From the NCBI GenBank assembly GCA_040954595.2, contig CM082578.2, forward strand, positions 11,973,166 through 12,037,165: a stretch of DNA of 64,000 nucleotides, in the 5' to 3' direction. The notes beneath the pieces are model-generated. The model was not told where the DNA came from. It worked only from the letters and a program-made list of their open reading frames with translations, and did not search any database. A program made the position numbers and the translations under genes. This DNA comes from Balanoglossus misakiensis. Lineage: Eukaryota > Animalia > Hemichordata. This document shows positions 35,479 through 50,100 of this stretch, piece after piece (within the stretch, counting starts at the first letter, position 1; every line of letters starts with the position of its first letter).

Positions 35479-36267
35479 GGGGCGGGGTCCACTACGTGCA
35501 TTCTTCAAAGCAATTGCCCGTTGAAATGACAAGCCAACACACAAACAGGGAAGGCGGCAAAGGTGACGCTCAGATCTGTGCAAAGTAAAGACGATGCGGT
35601 GCCAAAGGAAATACAGCACGCGCCAATCAACGTGGGTGTAGTTGGTTTGCAATTTGAATGAATGAAATCAAAGTGGATAAAAACAGTCTACCTGTTTACC
35701 TAATCTCTTGGAATGGGAAAGGGCTTTCAACAATATAATGCAGCATATTAAATTTTAATGATACGTATCCACACTGCAGAGATAAAACTTATCGTCGAGC
35801 TTTCGCATCGGCAGTGAAAACAGACATTGAAAAAAAGTCCTTGTAGTGATAATTCCGTTTTTATTGGCCTATAAAGGGTGCCAGCTGTAGCTCTATTATT
35901 TGGAAACTGTATCTTCTCGGGTCGCCGTCGTATTTACCTTCTTATTATACGCGAGTTGGTTTCCAATGGGAGAACTTTAGAACGAGATGCCGGTCACGAA
36001 ATCTGCAGGGTGGTGATGTCAAATCCATGCGACGAATTATTACCGACAGCAAAGATAGAAAAACAACCTCGAGCTCCCCCACCCCCATTAGTCACCACTG
36101 GCTGCTTCCTGACAGTGTGAGAGAGAAAGGGTTACACCTGCGTGTTCATAGCGACCGTCTACAGAAACAAACTGCGTTCCTTCCGAGTGATATGGAGTGT
36201 TGATCACTGCCGCCACCTTGGGGCCGTGCCCGCGTTGAATTTTCGCGTGATCCTCCCAGACGTAAGT
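35479..36267 (+). promoter_or_regulatory. Candidate promoter and non-coding first exon of the Cys-loop receptor gene
   Basis: GC box 35479-35487; ATTGG next to TATAAA at 35870-35875; strong donor ac|gtaagt at 36261/36262. The first coding exon has an acceptor (ctcctttgcag, 41104) upstream of its ATG, implying an upstream UTR exon. Confidence 0.35.
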
Positions 36268-39200
36268 ATTCGTTGCAAGTTTTATTTACCGAAGCTAGTA
36301 GTCCTCAGGTATGGTGTGCGTGGGTTTTTGTGACTTAGAAATTCAGCTCGTGACTCGGGCTCGCGATCAGATGTTTGCCAATGCTAACATTTTCGGATGC
36401 CTCAATTGAATTATCCATACGATGGGCATGATTGTATTTTTTTTCTTCTGCCAGGGAGAAACGTTAAATTTTATACGGCTGCACGATCATCGGTGCTTTA
36501 CATTTTTATTTCAAATGATACCACTCGCGCATAATCCCGTGCGTCACTTGTTCGTCCTGTGTCTTCGCTGTTTTAATTAGCGGAAGCAATAACGGCACGC
36601 CGTTGCCTCGCGCACCAAACTGTGCACAAGGACAAAAAACAAGCGAAGGGAAGGGAAGGTCTCGTTGCTGCAGCATCCACGCCATTTAGAAGCGGGCGCT
36701 GATTGTTTACGGATGCGGTGACGTGGCCAGGTGACATGCGCATGTATGCTACAACTGGCACCGCGTGGCTCAATCATTTAAGAGATTACAACTCGGCCAA
36801 TGTATCAACTTATTACAGGATACCATACGCCAATATCTGCAGACATGCGATATTTATCGACCACCAGAAAAAAAACAACCCCAACCGATTAATCAAGTGA
36901 ATCAGCATTAAAGTAGGAAAGTAAAAGTCAGGGTTTCTTTGAAATGTGATCTCTTTCGCGAACGTAAAAAAGTCCAAAAAACGAGAGCGCCATATTTTTA
37001 GGTTGTGGAATGACAGCAATTTCCTTTGATCCCGACCACAGACCAAGTGCCCACACACGCGCCAACATTGTAAATGCCGCGACCTCTCCCAAATGCAAAA
37101 AAATTCCCGTAATTCATTTACATGGCTTCATAATAACTCTTGCACGATCAATATGGCGAACTCGACGTAACCATCGCTCGAGATGCTAATTTTTGCAGAG
37201 ACGTGTCGCGACTGACAACATATTTAAAATTGCGCCTAAAATTGTGAACAAGACGGCAATGTCACCGGGTTTCACTTGTTTGTGTCGTCACACGTGCAAA
37301 ATTGAACTACACGCAATTTGTCATGCATATTTGTTTTGTGTGGCAGTTAAATATTTACAAGATAGAGATCTGCGTATACGTGATGAACGGTATCAGTGCG
37401 TGTTCCGTGCGCCAAATGCGCCGTGTGCTGTCAAAAGGTTTTTATCTCACTTAGGTTCTAATCCAAGCGTATACGCGGCGCGTGTCGTATACAGTTATCT
37501 TAAAATAAGTGCAATGTTAGTAATGTTGCCCTATTCGTATTACTTAAAATTATTCACAGCCATGCATGACCGAATGAATAAAACCAGATGTGATGGATCG
37601 TTCAACCACCGCGCAAACTTTTTTTTAATTTGCTTTCAAGCACCGAGTCGTAGATACGACCAATCAGTCGCGTGGGGACACGGGTACTTCGGGATTTCAC
37701 AGGGAAAAAAGTCCGGGTCTGGTCTTGCCATGCCGTGACTCGCGCTTCTTCTCATAACCGATTCACTCGCCGACTGTCCAATTAAAGATGACTTCATTAC
37801 ATGCATTGAGGCACAATATGTCAACAGAGAACAGAAAGTGCGACAGGTCGTTCCGCCGACTCAGCCGCATGGCAATTCGAAAAGTAATACACGGAGTAAC
37901 TGACTGTGGCTGCAATTTGATCCATCCACCTTTGTGTTCTGGTTTTGCTCGTGGATACGATAATAATATTTGTGTCCAGGTCGCATTGTTTCTGAGGCAA
38001 GACGACATGTTTATCAGAGGAGGCAATACTTTAAGTCTTCTTTCTGCCGTAGAGGACATATCGGGTTATGGAGGAGAAAATTGGATTTGCTCGGGGTTTT
38101 TTTCCTGGTGCCCTATTGAATTTTACTGAAATGCGTTGATTAGATTGAGGGAAGCCTCGACTATTTTGTTGTTATTGCTCTCCCTGTCTCCCTACCGTTG
38201 GCCAAGTCGTGCGATTCGATGCAATTAAACCCGAGTGGCTCAACCCAATTAGCATGATCCAAGACTAAGCCCTTTTCAATTTCCTTGTCGGTTCATTATA
38301 TGTACATTTAAGTGCATGCATTGTGGGAATAGGGACGACCCTTGCATTCATTTAATACTTCCACCGTGAACGTGTCCCCAGCTTTTGTTATCGCGCAAGG
38401 CGATCACCCGGAATCGAAGTTGAAATCGCCGAACCTTTAGGTCTAAAGAGGTTTTGTCGCCTTCTCCTCAGATGAGACTGTTGTTATCAAAAAATGTCAA
38501 AACCCCTTTCTCTTCAAGCGGCTTACATTAATCGAGTTATCATTGTATGCTAGTGTTTACACAGGGGCGTCGTTTTCACAGATAACTGACTGACTACAGA
38601 CTGTAGGCCTATACCCGGAACGTTTGCGTCTAAGACAATTTCATTTGTCCATAACCTCAGATATAAACTTCTGCTTCTGATGCGTACTCTCTTGGAGCAA
38701 CATCCATTGCTAGGTAACAACGCATAAATGTCATCACATCCCATCAGAAATTCGTAGCATCGCAGTGTGGTTTCTCCGTAAAGTACTTCGTATATTTTTT
38801 CCACTTTAGAAGTATCTCTCCCTCCAAAGTGGTATACGTGACACGGCGCATCGGATAAAAGAATACCCCCAGGTAAAAACAAAACGCCAATCGATGATAT
38901 TTCACTTGAAAACCCAATGATAAAATCTGTCGGCGGAATTCACTGTTTTTATAACTCCCCAAGAGTCAGACGCAGTCATAAAGAAGACCCCCCTGGAGAC
39001 TGGCTAAATTATTTTTCTCGTCGCAAATTGACGCTCTATTACTATGAAAAAACCCTCGTCAGACCTCGAGCAAGACGGCAACACTTTCCTTGAACTTCGC
39101 TGCGCAAGAGACGCAATACGCGTAGGCTCCACCCTCGCCACGCCTTCAATCAATAAATTGTACCCACCAATTTCAGAGTAGGCATGGGAATTGTGGGTAA

Positions 39201-41168
39201 CTCATCATGCCCGTTGGTATTGGTACCAAGTGCATTGCGCCCGCTAATGACTCCGTTATCAGGATTTGATTTTCTAAGAAAACTCTGACTTCTTCTTTTC
39301 CCCAGCGAAATAACCCCCGAAAAATTGGTAACTTGTCTTCCGTGGTTCGTCGCTCTGTTATATCCCATTCCATTAGGCAATATTACTGCCTGCTGTTCTG
39401 TTTTTAAGCGAACTTAAAATTGAATGATTTTTTTTCCAAAACTAAAATACCGAACGCTTACATTTTAATGTCGGTATATTGACTGGCAGCATTTTTATTG
39501 CATGAGTTGTTCGAGTCCCAGGGAAGATAATAGTTGAGTTTTCTAAGTGAGGTTAATGAGGTAGAACATGTTCAATTTCATAGATACTTTTGTGTCCAAT
39601 AACAAATTATTAAAAGGCATCGATATGAGTGACTTTGTTTTGGTAAGGAAGTGTTCCTAAGTACAACGTCGCCGTTTTTAGTTGACGTCAGCGCTATCTA
39701 CAATACATGTTTCTTTTTGTGTCGGTAAGTGTGTGCGGTTTTCTTTTTTCAGTTCGGCACTTGAAGTCGCCTCACTTTCTCCTTGAGCGCAGAAGAAAAT
39801 CGAGCATCTCTTGAGGTTGCAAACTGTCAATATCTCGTAATCATTGATCCGAGCCTCGGCAACGTCCAACACTTAACACTCGCAACTCCCCACAAATCCT
39901 CGTCGCGCGGCCGGGACACGCGGGGTCAGGTTGTCATGGCAGCGGCGACTCGGGAGAAAATCTTCTTATTTCCAAACGTTAAAAGTAGCAAGCCGCGATC
40001 GCCAGGCGGATTAATTCTATCATAACCCCCACAAGTTGCATGAGGAGGCTTCAGTTTAGGAAGGCTCGGATTTAAATAGCTACGTCAGTCACTCGCCATT
40101 TTCCTTCCAGAAATTGCATTGCGGCTGATTAAATCAAGTCTTCAACACCGTCTTCTTTGTTCGTCTACCGATAATAATGGCGGATGAAAAAAGAAAAGGG
40201 CGGGATGACTGCCAAGCAGATCGTTTAAAATATTTCAATAAAACGCAATGATATTGAATTATTACCGCAATATCTACTGCCCTGAGCTTAATACGTCGAA
40301 ATTTGCATACATTACCTCATCAATTACCAGATATATTACATCATTTTTTGCCGTAATTGGTGAAAATGTCACGCAAAGGGGGGTGCCATCAAGCTAGTTA
40401 CGCGGCCATTATCGGAAATTAATATGGGCATGTGCGCACGTTCAGTAACACACCGCGGCCAAGAAAAATATGTCGTCTGTTGACGGCGCACGAAACTGTG
40501 AACACGGTCAGGGGGAGCAGATCCAATCTTGTCATAATTGACGGATTTTTAGAGTTGAATTCTGTTGTCGGTTATAAATAATCACTTGTCGCTTAAAGCT
40601 CCATAAGCCAGATCATTAATTTTCTGCGAGGGTGAAATGCATGCAAAGACGGCAGGTAAAAAACGAAGCAATACGATTAGATATTATTCTGCATTACTTA
40701 GCCAAAGATTAAGTCTTGCGGATAATTCCGTGGGTAACAGCTGCGATGAGACGGCGCTTAATTCTGTTGCCAATGAATAAAAGTATTAAAATTCTTTGTG
40801 ATGCGCAGAAATAGAGTTCGTGTAATCAAAGAACTTTGGCAGAATTAGGAGCAGCAATGGAAGCCGGGAATTAATTGTGAAGTCAGTCGCCCGTTCAATT
40901 TGATATAATTTATTGTCGATACAATGACTTGGTGATAGTGGTAGAGGGAGCTCGCCGGGCAATTCCGCAGCGAAGACACTGGGCATTACCGACGCGCAGT
41001 AGTCCCCTTTGTTGGTAAATGTAATCCGCATAGTCCTTTTGATTGGACCAGCGTTGCGCGACGTCACTGAAATGTTCGTAATGCGTTCAACTACTCCTTT
41101 GCAGCCGCCAGCCTAGAGGAGAAAAAAGAAGGATATACCATTGCAGTCACGGCCACCACCGCGGAGAC

Positions 41169-44100
41169 ATGTCATCCACAACGATGTTGGTGCTAGGAAC
41201 CATCTTAGTTATGTTTGTCTTCAGTGCCGTTTCCACCGGGAACAAGAGGTAAGTCAGCTATAATCAGCGCTGCGTCTGACACGACACTGGCGGGGGAAAA
41301 AAATCGCCTCGCCGCGCAGCATTGATATTAGACAGCCGTATTCGAACAAACGTCACGTATGAGATAGTGACGGGAGCGTCGAATTCCGATGCTATATTGT
41401 TTTTTTTTTCAATCTACGCAGAAGTACTTAAATGCATTCATTGCTTTACTTTCGCGGGTCGGCGTTTCAAAAAATGATACAATGATCAGGGCAACGCGCG
41501 CGATTTGTATTAATGTCTGATGACGCGTTCGCTGCTATGAGATCAGAACAGGATGGTTTCGGTATTTGTTTTCATAACGACAACACTTTGCAGCTCTGTT
41601 TATGCTGACGTAAGCAGGGCACGCACGCGCCACATTTGTGAATATTTCATAAAGATTAAACCAACGGATTGGTGCCGTTCAACGATTTATACAAATGAAA
41701 TTAGGAGATATAACGAAGACTTTCTCGAGTGTCCCACGGCACTCTTTAGAGGTGCGCCGCTTCGGGGATTACACATTAATCTAATGAATAGACGTTCGCG
41801 CGCAAAAAAAAAAAACGCTTTTCAACGGATCCGGGCGACAAATGATGCACGGATTCGAACCGCGGGGCAATTAAAATTACCGATCGACAAAATGTACATA
41901 CAATCCTGACGAGCAGCAGCGGCTAAGATTGTACTCGGGTTTAGCGAGAGCGGAATTGACGAGACGCCCACCACAATAAACACTATAGTTTCGATGATAA
42001 AGTCGATGGAAGATTGAAAGGGCTTGAAAACGTACAGGTATTTTGGGGGGTTGATAGCAGAGATGTTATCTAGAGCACTGGTCAATCAAAGAGGTGCTTT
42101 CAATCACATGTAATTGGAAACAGATGCAATCTTTCCTTGACTATGGTTGGGCTGTGCTCTGGATGGCGCTTGAAAGGTACAGCCATTTAAATCAATATTC
42201 CCATGCACTGGGGAAAAATAGGGAAGAAGCCCTGTGCATTCGATATAAATGTGGCGGTATATGGATTATCCTTTCAGCGGGCTTTGCCAATAGCGATAAT
42301 GCCCTCGTGACAGCTGTACCGGGGTCCAGCGGGACCTCTGTGTGGTTGTTGTCATTAGCAATATGCACAGTACTTATCTCGACTATTTCCACCCAATTTT
42401 TCCAATCTCTCATCCTCTCTGCAAAGTACACAGTTTTTTATCGGCTGTACTATCAACGGTTTTGTCGAAGTTACACGCGTGCGTGCAGTGCTCTCACTTT
42501 CGAGGTCTGTTAACGTTGCCATCGCGATGGCCGCGGCATGTTGGGGAAGGAGAAAGCGCGCCGAGTTCGAACGCATCCAGAATGACCACCGCCGAAAATA
42601 CAAGTTTCGCCGCAAAAGACCCAATTTGTCTGTTTAATTCAAATATAGAGTCTCCAAATTTCCAAAATAAATCATTTTTAAAAGGGACTGACACGCGTGT
42701 TTACATTGACAATAAGGGCTGCACGTCTCAATGCACAGAGTGTAGATAACATATTGCGGGCAAATCACTAAAGAGAGAAGCAAATAGTTTTATATTTACT
42801 ACCTACTGAGAGATGATTACAGCTGCTGGCTGACTCTGGGAATTATTCCTCCAAAAGAGAATTTACAAAGACACAGGCCATTCCATTTGATAGGGCACAA
42901 ACCAGCAGCCATAATTACACCCTTGAATCAGTCACTTGTGCATTTCAACGCAAACCCTTCGCTTTTTTATTTCTTTGTGAATTGAAAGTGCCACGAGCAG
43001 AAGTCAAGGACGTGTGTGATGGTGAAGTATCAAAGGCGTGTGAGTCCAAGTGTAGGCAGTGCAGTGATCCACACACAATTATATCAAAAGCTTCCTGAGA
43101 GCGTAAATCGCGAAAATAGTGTCTCGGTATTTACGTTCGACCAGGGAGCTACGCCTGTCTGCTCGGATACCTGCGACACGTTCCGTCTTTCAATTGGGGT
43201 CGACATTAACATGGCGTCGATGGACGCCTTTGAATGGTTTGGTTATTTTCTAAATTTCCCGGTTGTCTCTCTTGCTGCTGTTAAACGACAGAAAAGTGAG
43301 TGATTTTAAACAGGATTGTTCAGCTCCATCAGAACCGTCCAATTAAGCGCTCCTGCCCTTTATAGATGTCGACAGCCAGCTTCCTGATCGCAGGTAGACA
43401 GTGTCTGTCGGGGTATAACAGCCTCATAGTTTGATGCGACCGCACCGCACCGCCATGGCAGTCTACTTAACTCATCCAAACAATCTTTATTAAATGTCGC
43501 CCCTAGCGAGACGAACCTCGGGTTATATCGGACTCAGCGATGCTTAATCCTGCACTGTGTGTCGAGAAATAGATCGGTCATATTAAGATAATGGCTTCCA
43601 CTTATTTTGTTCCCAACATACAATCAATCGGTCTGTCCGTCCGTGTTTAGTCTTGCATTGGGAGAAATTTAGAAGCATAGATAGCGCGGCGAGGGAGAAT
43701 TTTTGTTCAGATTTAAAAAACAAAAAACGTGTCCGTAAATTTTGTGATACGGAATTGGAGTCCCTTATATTTCGTTTCTGCGGCTGTCATCAATCACAAT
43801 ACATGTGTATTTATTTTTATCTGTTCAGGGGAGTTAAAATAAGTACAAATTGTGGATACTTGGTTAGTGAGAATAAAGGTTAAATTTGAGATGTTTATTT
43901 GTCGATATGACCGCGATTGTTATTAGGTTAAGACGAGGCTCCACCTTCTACTAATGATACGCTTCGGAAATACGCTGTTGTCGTTTGTGTATACCAGTAC
44001 AGTGATGCCATGATTTCTCGCTGGGTGGACTTTTTGAATTCGTGACTGCGTGAGAATGCCGAGAATAGTAACGTTAACTCGTTTAATACGGCTACATGTA

Positions 44101-47100
44101 AGAGCAGAAACATCTGTACGACGAAGCACAAACGCGCATCCCTTCTCAACCACAAAAAAGAATGACTCTGCGAAGGTTTTGCGCGGAACCTGCAGACATG
44201 GGTAATGAATTAACTTGGTTTTCTGACCACGTTCGGAAGAACAAAACAAAAAAATAAAACTATAAAAAAAATGGCGCCAGTAATGCAAGCGTGTACAATC
44301 ACCAAACTCGTGTTCTGACATTATCTTCGCCTTCGCTCTCAAAATACGTTGTTTCATTAGATATGCATTAAAATGTCAAATTGTCGTTTGGATTACAGCG
44401 GCTGCAATATTGCCAAGTTATTTTAATACCACACAACCATGGTGATTTGTTGCGTACCGTACTGTCATATTCTTCCCTTGCATGCTCATGAATAAGAAAA
44501 GCTACTGCTGCCTCCCGAGGCAACCCAGACTCTTTCAGTCATTTTCTGCTTTCAGGTATAAGGAGACCCTGAATGCGGTTATAAATGACAAAGACTACGA
44601 TTCAGAACTCAGACCCGAAGCTGGAGGTAAGTGTCGCCACTTTTGAAACGTCAATACCACGTGTGTGGGTGTATTTCACATATTTTCCACTGTTCTATTT
44701 TCAAACCGCGGTGTTATTATTTTTCGTGGGGTGGTTGCATCCATCTCAGCATCTGTTGTAACACCTGTACAATAAAAAAGTGGTGAAAATCTGAGTGTGT
44801 TCAAAAATATCTCGGGGTGCACTTAGCGAAACCCCACCAAGGTACACAGTATCCTGCCAATCAGCAACGATAAACACTCCCTTTCTCTCTTCACTATATA
44901 GTCTAACCCACTACATGAAAGTTTATCGTTTTACGAAGCCCTGCCCGTGGCGGTACCATAGTGACATTTGTAAAATAAGGCGGATTTGCCAAGTGCTGGC
45001 ATATCCGAGTCGACCATGACAAATCGTTAATTAAAGGAAATAAGAGGGACACTGGATAATTTGCGAAAGTAAAATAATGCAAAAAGAAGCTTTGACCTCT
45101 GACCCCATCTACCGCCTTTCTTAAAGGGACTATTTGTAAATTTTGGCTATTTTTTTCCGGTATTTTTGTTTTATGTATCAACTATACATGTTCTTGTTAT
45201 TCCCCTGTATAATCCATGCCCTGTTTTCCGTGTATGTTTACCGGCAATTATTATTATTGTTGACAAATGCCTTCAATTAGTGTCCGGATTAAACAACAAT
45301 TTTTTTAAACAATAACAGTCGGTGTCGATTGTGCACATGCTCCATTGAGAAGATTTGCACTACGCACTCTGTAACCCTGGGAACCAAACAAGAAACCATG
45401 ATTGATGCACAGAATGAAAATACTGAGACCAAAATAGCCAGAAGTTACAGATAGCGAACCTGTAAATTGAAACATTATAGGGCGTGTCCTACCTACGCCG
45501 CCGGTACATTAGATTTGATTGTTTTCACAAGAAACTATTGCCAACTCCAATGCACCCCGAGTGAAAGTTAACATTGACGCCTGATGATTTTAAAGACGGC
45601 ATGACTTTTTTTGTGCTCTATTGTAGGTCCGCCTGTCAACATTTCAGTATTTGTCTATTTTACCAGTATACACTCATTGTCAGAGGTTTCCATGGTAAGT
45701 ATAGTCTTCAGAAACTTGATATCTGTGTTACTGCAAAGGCAATGACAGTTTCCCCTCATTTCGCTAATGGACAACTTCACCGTTGTGTCAATGATCGATC
45801 CGTATTTTGTTGACCTTGTTACGACGGGCGACGTTTATAGTGTGTCGTGACTCTCCTCTGATTTTATGCGTTGATGGTCGAAGTTCTTGAGTTCGGATAA
45901 TGTGCCGACAATCAAATTATCTTACAGCCCTTGGCATCACCTCTATTCACGTTACATTATACCTTCCTACCTACTTATCTACATAGATACATACATAGAT
46001 ACCTACATACATACCTACATACATGTACATACATACATGTACATTTTGTGTGCTGGATTTTTTAAGACAGTGAGCCATCATTGGTTGTGTGCAATCGATC
46101 GATAGAGTAACGCTTTATAAAAAACAGTGGGCGTGCTCTAAAGAGAGAGAAAAAACTAAAGATATCACGGAGTCGCGCACTTCAAATGTACATTTCACTG
46201 AGTATTAATCTGGCATCAAATCAGAACCCGCAACTTCGTGAAAGAAATGCAAATATAGAGTTGATTACTTGATGCCACCCACCCTCACGCTAAATCGACA
46301 AATACAATCAACTTTACGCAGAGGAAACATTGACGAAAACAGACATGGACACAATGTACAGGGGAAATAAGATTGCGGTTGGCTATATATAACTACAAAA
46401 CAGAACACATTACAATCGAAGTAAATTAAAAGTCCCCACGGTCAAACCATTTGAATGCATCACAAAACTTCATTAACATGTGATTTCTTGCGCAGTGTTC
46501 AAAAACCGGGTTTAGGCAGCAGATGTCAGGAGTTAATTATATTTATTTCACCATCGAATTGAAATCGCACCAAAAGGCCCGCCTGTATGAATAACATAGG
46601 TATTACAATACTAATCTTACGTGGCTATTTCGGGCGTTAAAATTAATATGTTTTTGGACGCTATTGTGATAAATCCATAGACCCTACCTGGCTACTGTCT
46701 AAAGATAAACAAACACGCAGTTCTTACTGTACATTGTATGTAGGTTCTGTAATTGTAGTCGCTAATAGTTAAAATACACACTTCCAACAATTCCGTAAAA
46801 TACACGTACGGTGTATGTTTAAGGCGTTCAGAAACTATTACAGCTGTTATTCCTTCGCCTGTATTTTTGTTGTTGATTTCTCTCTCTCTCATCATTCTGC
46901 ACAGGACTATGGTGCTACCTTGTTTCTTTCCTTGCAATGGGACGACCCTCGATTCGCCTTTAACGGCACGGAGGATATCGACCTGCGCTCAGGATCTAAG
47001 CTGGTGGACCAGATCTGGACCCCAGACTTGTACTTCGTCAACGTCAAAGAGGGCAAGTTGCACGAGATCACAATGAGCAATAAACACATGCGCATAATGC

Positions 47101-47128
47101 CGGGCGGGAGAATCCTGTACGACATGAG
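41169..47128 (+). CDS. Cys-loop ligand-gated ion channel subunit, GlyR/GABA-A (anionic-type) family, N-terminal part; exons 41169-41248, 44556-44626, 45627-45694, 46905-47128; remainder not found in window
   Basis: Signal peptide MSSTTMLVLGTILVMFVFSAVSTG; YDSELRP; GPPVNISVFVYFTSIHSLSEVSM|DYGATLFLSLQWDDPRF; IWTPDLYFVN; NKHMRIMPGGRILYDMR. The 68-nt and 224-nt exons with phases 1/0/2 match the conserved glycine/GABA-A receptor gene layout. Confidence 0.92.
45968..46043. repeat. (ACAT/AGAT/ACCT)n microsatellite
   Basis: Direct reading. Confidence 0.9.
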
Positions 47129-50100
47129 GTAGGTTGTTTTTTCATAATATATTTATTTCACGCACGATTTACCTAATGGAGCGCGACACCATAGAGAGAT
47201 AGTGGATGTATAGGCGCGTGATATCATCTTATCATGCGCGCATAGAAACAAACCACTACCATAACGTCTGCTGCACACAATATCCCCGCCATCTTGCTCT
47301 CAGCGTAGATTTTAATAGGGTCATACGCGATCAATAATACTGAATTGGCGAACGGAGGGAGGTTGGGTCGATAACATCTCGGCTATCGTTTTTAGTCCTA
47401 TATCAACAATCCCGTTAACCGGTCGCCATAAAAATGGTCATGGAGTGATTTAGCATAAGAAGTATCATAATAATAGTCAAACGTCGAATTAATCCAGAGT
47501 TATATTAGATCATACGTTAATGAAGATACTGTATGTGCAAGAGATATATGAATTTTCTAGTGTTAATTTCAGACAGATTGTTTTCACTTTTAAATGCGCA
47601 GCGGCACTCACCACGTGTTTCAATGATCGCCACTTAACGACGAGAGCAACTTTTCCCTAAATACACCATACCCTGATTTTTACAAACGTCCTTCGTGTCA
47701 TCATGGTCACACTCGGAGCATCCATCTATTGCTTTTTGACGTCTAGACACCGTTCTGTCTTCTCTAGCTTTCATTTCCTGTTGTTGAGATTGTTGTCTGT
47801 TGCAAGGACGCCACTGTAAACACGTGATTATTGGTCCGACGCGACCAATCACGCCTTGAGTCGAGTGAAGACAAAATTAAGCGCCGGAGTAATGCGTCAC
47901 TGGGGGGAAAATGCTTTGATTGTAAAAATTCCTTAAGACGAAGATTAACGCGAACACACGGCCTGACCTTAACGGTGAATTTTTAGATTTTTGTGTGAAT
48001 ATGATCAGGTGGCGCTTATGCACAAGTCACTTCTGAGTTGAGCTGTAATTTCCCAGCACAGCTGCCACGTTCGGATAATCTAAGTGAGAATAAATCTATG
48101 GGCAACTGAGAATATTACCACCGTAAAAGCACAATTACTCACGAGGCGCGCGATCAGTCAATCAGGAAACCCACATTTTTTTCCAGCGTTCCTTGAACGC
48201 GCTGACACGCTGTGTCATCACTTTTAATTCAAGCCCCTTAATACATTGAGGACATGACAACATTCCGAACAAAACGCACCCTGTCAGCGTTTTCTAATTT
48301 GCTGCCGTCCATTGTAGCAGTCAAATCGGATAATTCGAATTCCAAAAGGAGAAAGTTCCCAGGTTCTGTCATTCTTGAATATATATTTTTTTTGTAATTC
48401 CGTCCGAGTTAAAAGGAGTCGCCTTTGGGGGAAAATTGACGTAAGTGTACAGGTCCCTCTTCTCGGCACCCAAATGCGCATTTCATGAAGGGTCCAATTT
48501 TCAATTTTCATCAGACTGCACAATCGTAAGGTGTGTGCCGCGTGCTTGAAAATGTTTCTGCGTCCGTGGGCAGACGGAAGGACTCGGTTAGCGATAATCA
48601 CGAATATTGTCCATGGCGTTGTTCAACACGCAATGTACGCACACAGAGATGAAACCTACGAATTAGGCGACGGCCGTTAAATTGAGTGATTTAGTAAACA
48701 GTCACCTTATCAAAACAATTTATCTATTAGAGGAGTCATGATCGAAACGAGCGACTTGACTCTTTTTGCAAAGCGTGACAACGAATTGCATTTATCTTGA
48801 GATGAAACACATTGTTCATTTCCCAGAGCTCGCGTTAACGAAACCGATTTGTGCGCTTCGTTCGCGTTGTAGTTAGACGAAGCTTTACAACTCCCAATCA
48901 CAATCACGTCAAACGATGTATAATTGTGAACACGATACGTCCAGGCAGTTTGCCTATTAATGCCCCGTGTACGTTTCTCAAGTGCCAGCGTGTCAATTTC
49001 ATATACTCAATGTCACGGACAATGTCATAGTTAATGCTGTTTTGATTAGCTGCATCCGTTGCACGTGTCGATATAATGATAGTTTTATATATAAACGGGG
49101 AGAACTGTGAGTTGCGAGGCTTCAAACGTCTTCGCTAAAGGGACCGAGCCCGCCATCTTTTGGCAAGCTGTTTTGTTCTGGTCGCATGTTTCCCCCTGGT
49201 TTCGATTCTCGCCGTGTTTCAATAGACTGATCCATGTATAATTCGGTGACATATTTGACGGTGCGTACCAGAAATTATGTCATTGAAACATCGGCGAGTC
49301 TCAAGGGAGTAGTAGACTCCTGATATTACCAATGAATCTCTACAACTGATTTTAATCAGGTTGCAAGTAAGTGAACTTAGGATACGTGGAAAAATATTCA
49401 CCTTTAATAAAGCTTTTAAAAAACATCGATCAGACCGGACCAGGCAGGTAATAGGCTTTCATGCTACGAAAGAGATGTAGAAAGATTACTTCTGTACCAG
49501 ATGTTTACTAATCTATATTATACTCATTCTCCCGCATAAAAACATTGCCGGGAACTCTATTCACTCGGGCCTTGTATCTGAAAAATCGTTACAATAAGTC
49601 CAATAACGCCTGCATTGAGGCACTGTTCTGGTATTAATGGAATAATGGGAATTGCAAGATCGCACATCAATGAGCATTGTAATGGTAATACTAACACTCC
49701 TTTTGGTAGAAATGGATTTGGAAGAATAAAAATAACATGAGACTTCACACACAAAAAAAGATGACGTTTTTATTGAAACAAAGTCTATAGAGGAACATTT
49801 GAATCGCAGATTTTGTTTTCGCATTTATAGGATTGGCCATGTCCATAGTACACACAGACCTACTTTTATCCGAGGCGTTCTCTGTCGACGCACCTGTGGG
49901 TTGTCTTTATCGACAGACAGCTCATGCAAATACTCGAACAACTAGCAGAGAATTACAGTCATTGTGTTCTCTCTGTAGTTCTGCCACGTTCAAAAATGAG
50001 ACATAATCAACTGTGGAAGCGGGCAGGGTTGCTTCAATCCGATTTACCCAGCCCTCCACTGATTAGCTCGGCCAACCTTTACTATAACAACTTCGCCTAC

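Noticed and set aside
37193-37738. 181-aa ORF and other ORFs in 30-64 kb outside the four receptor exons
   Set aside because: Mostly non-ATG starts, no recognisable domain, composition typical of random non-coding frames.
47190-47300. Left end of a CATAGAG-terminated transposon
   Set aside because: No matching right terminus or target duplication found.
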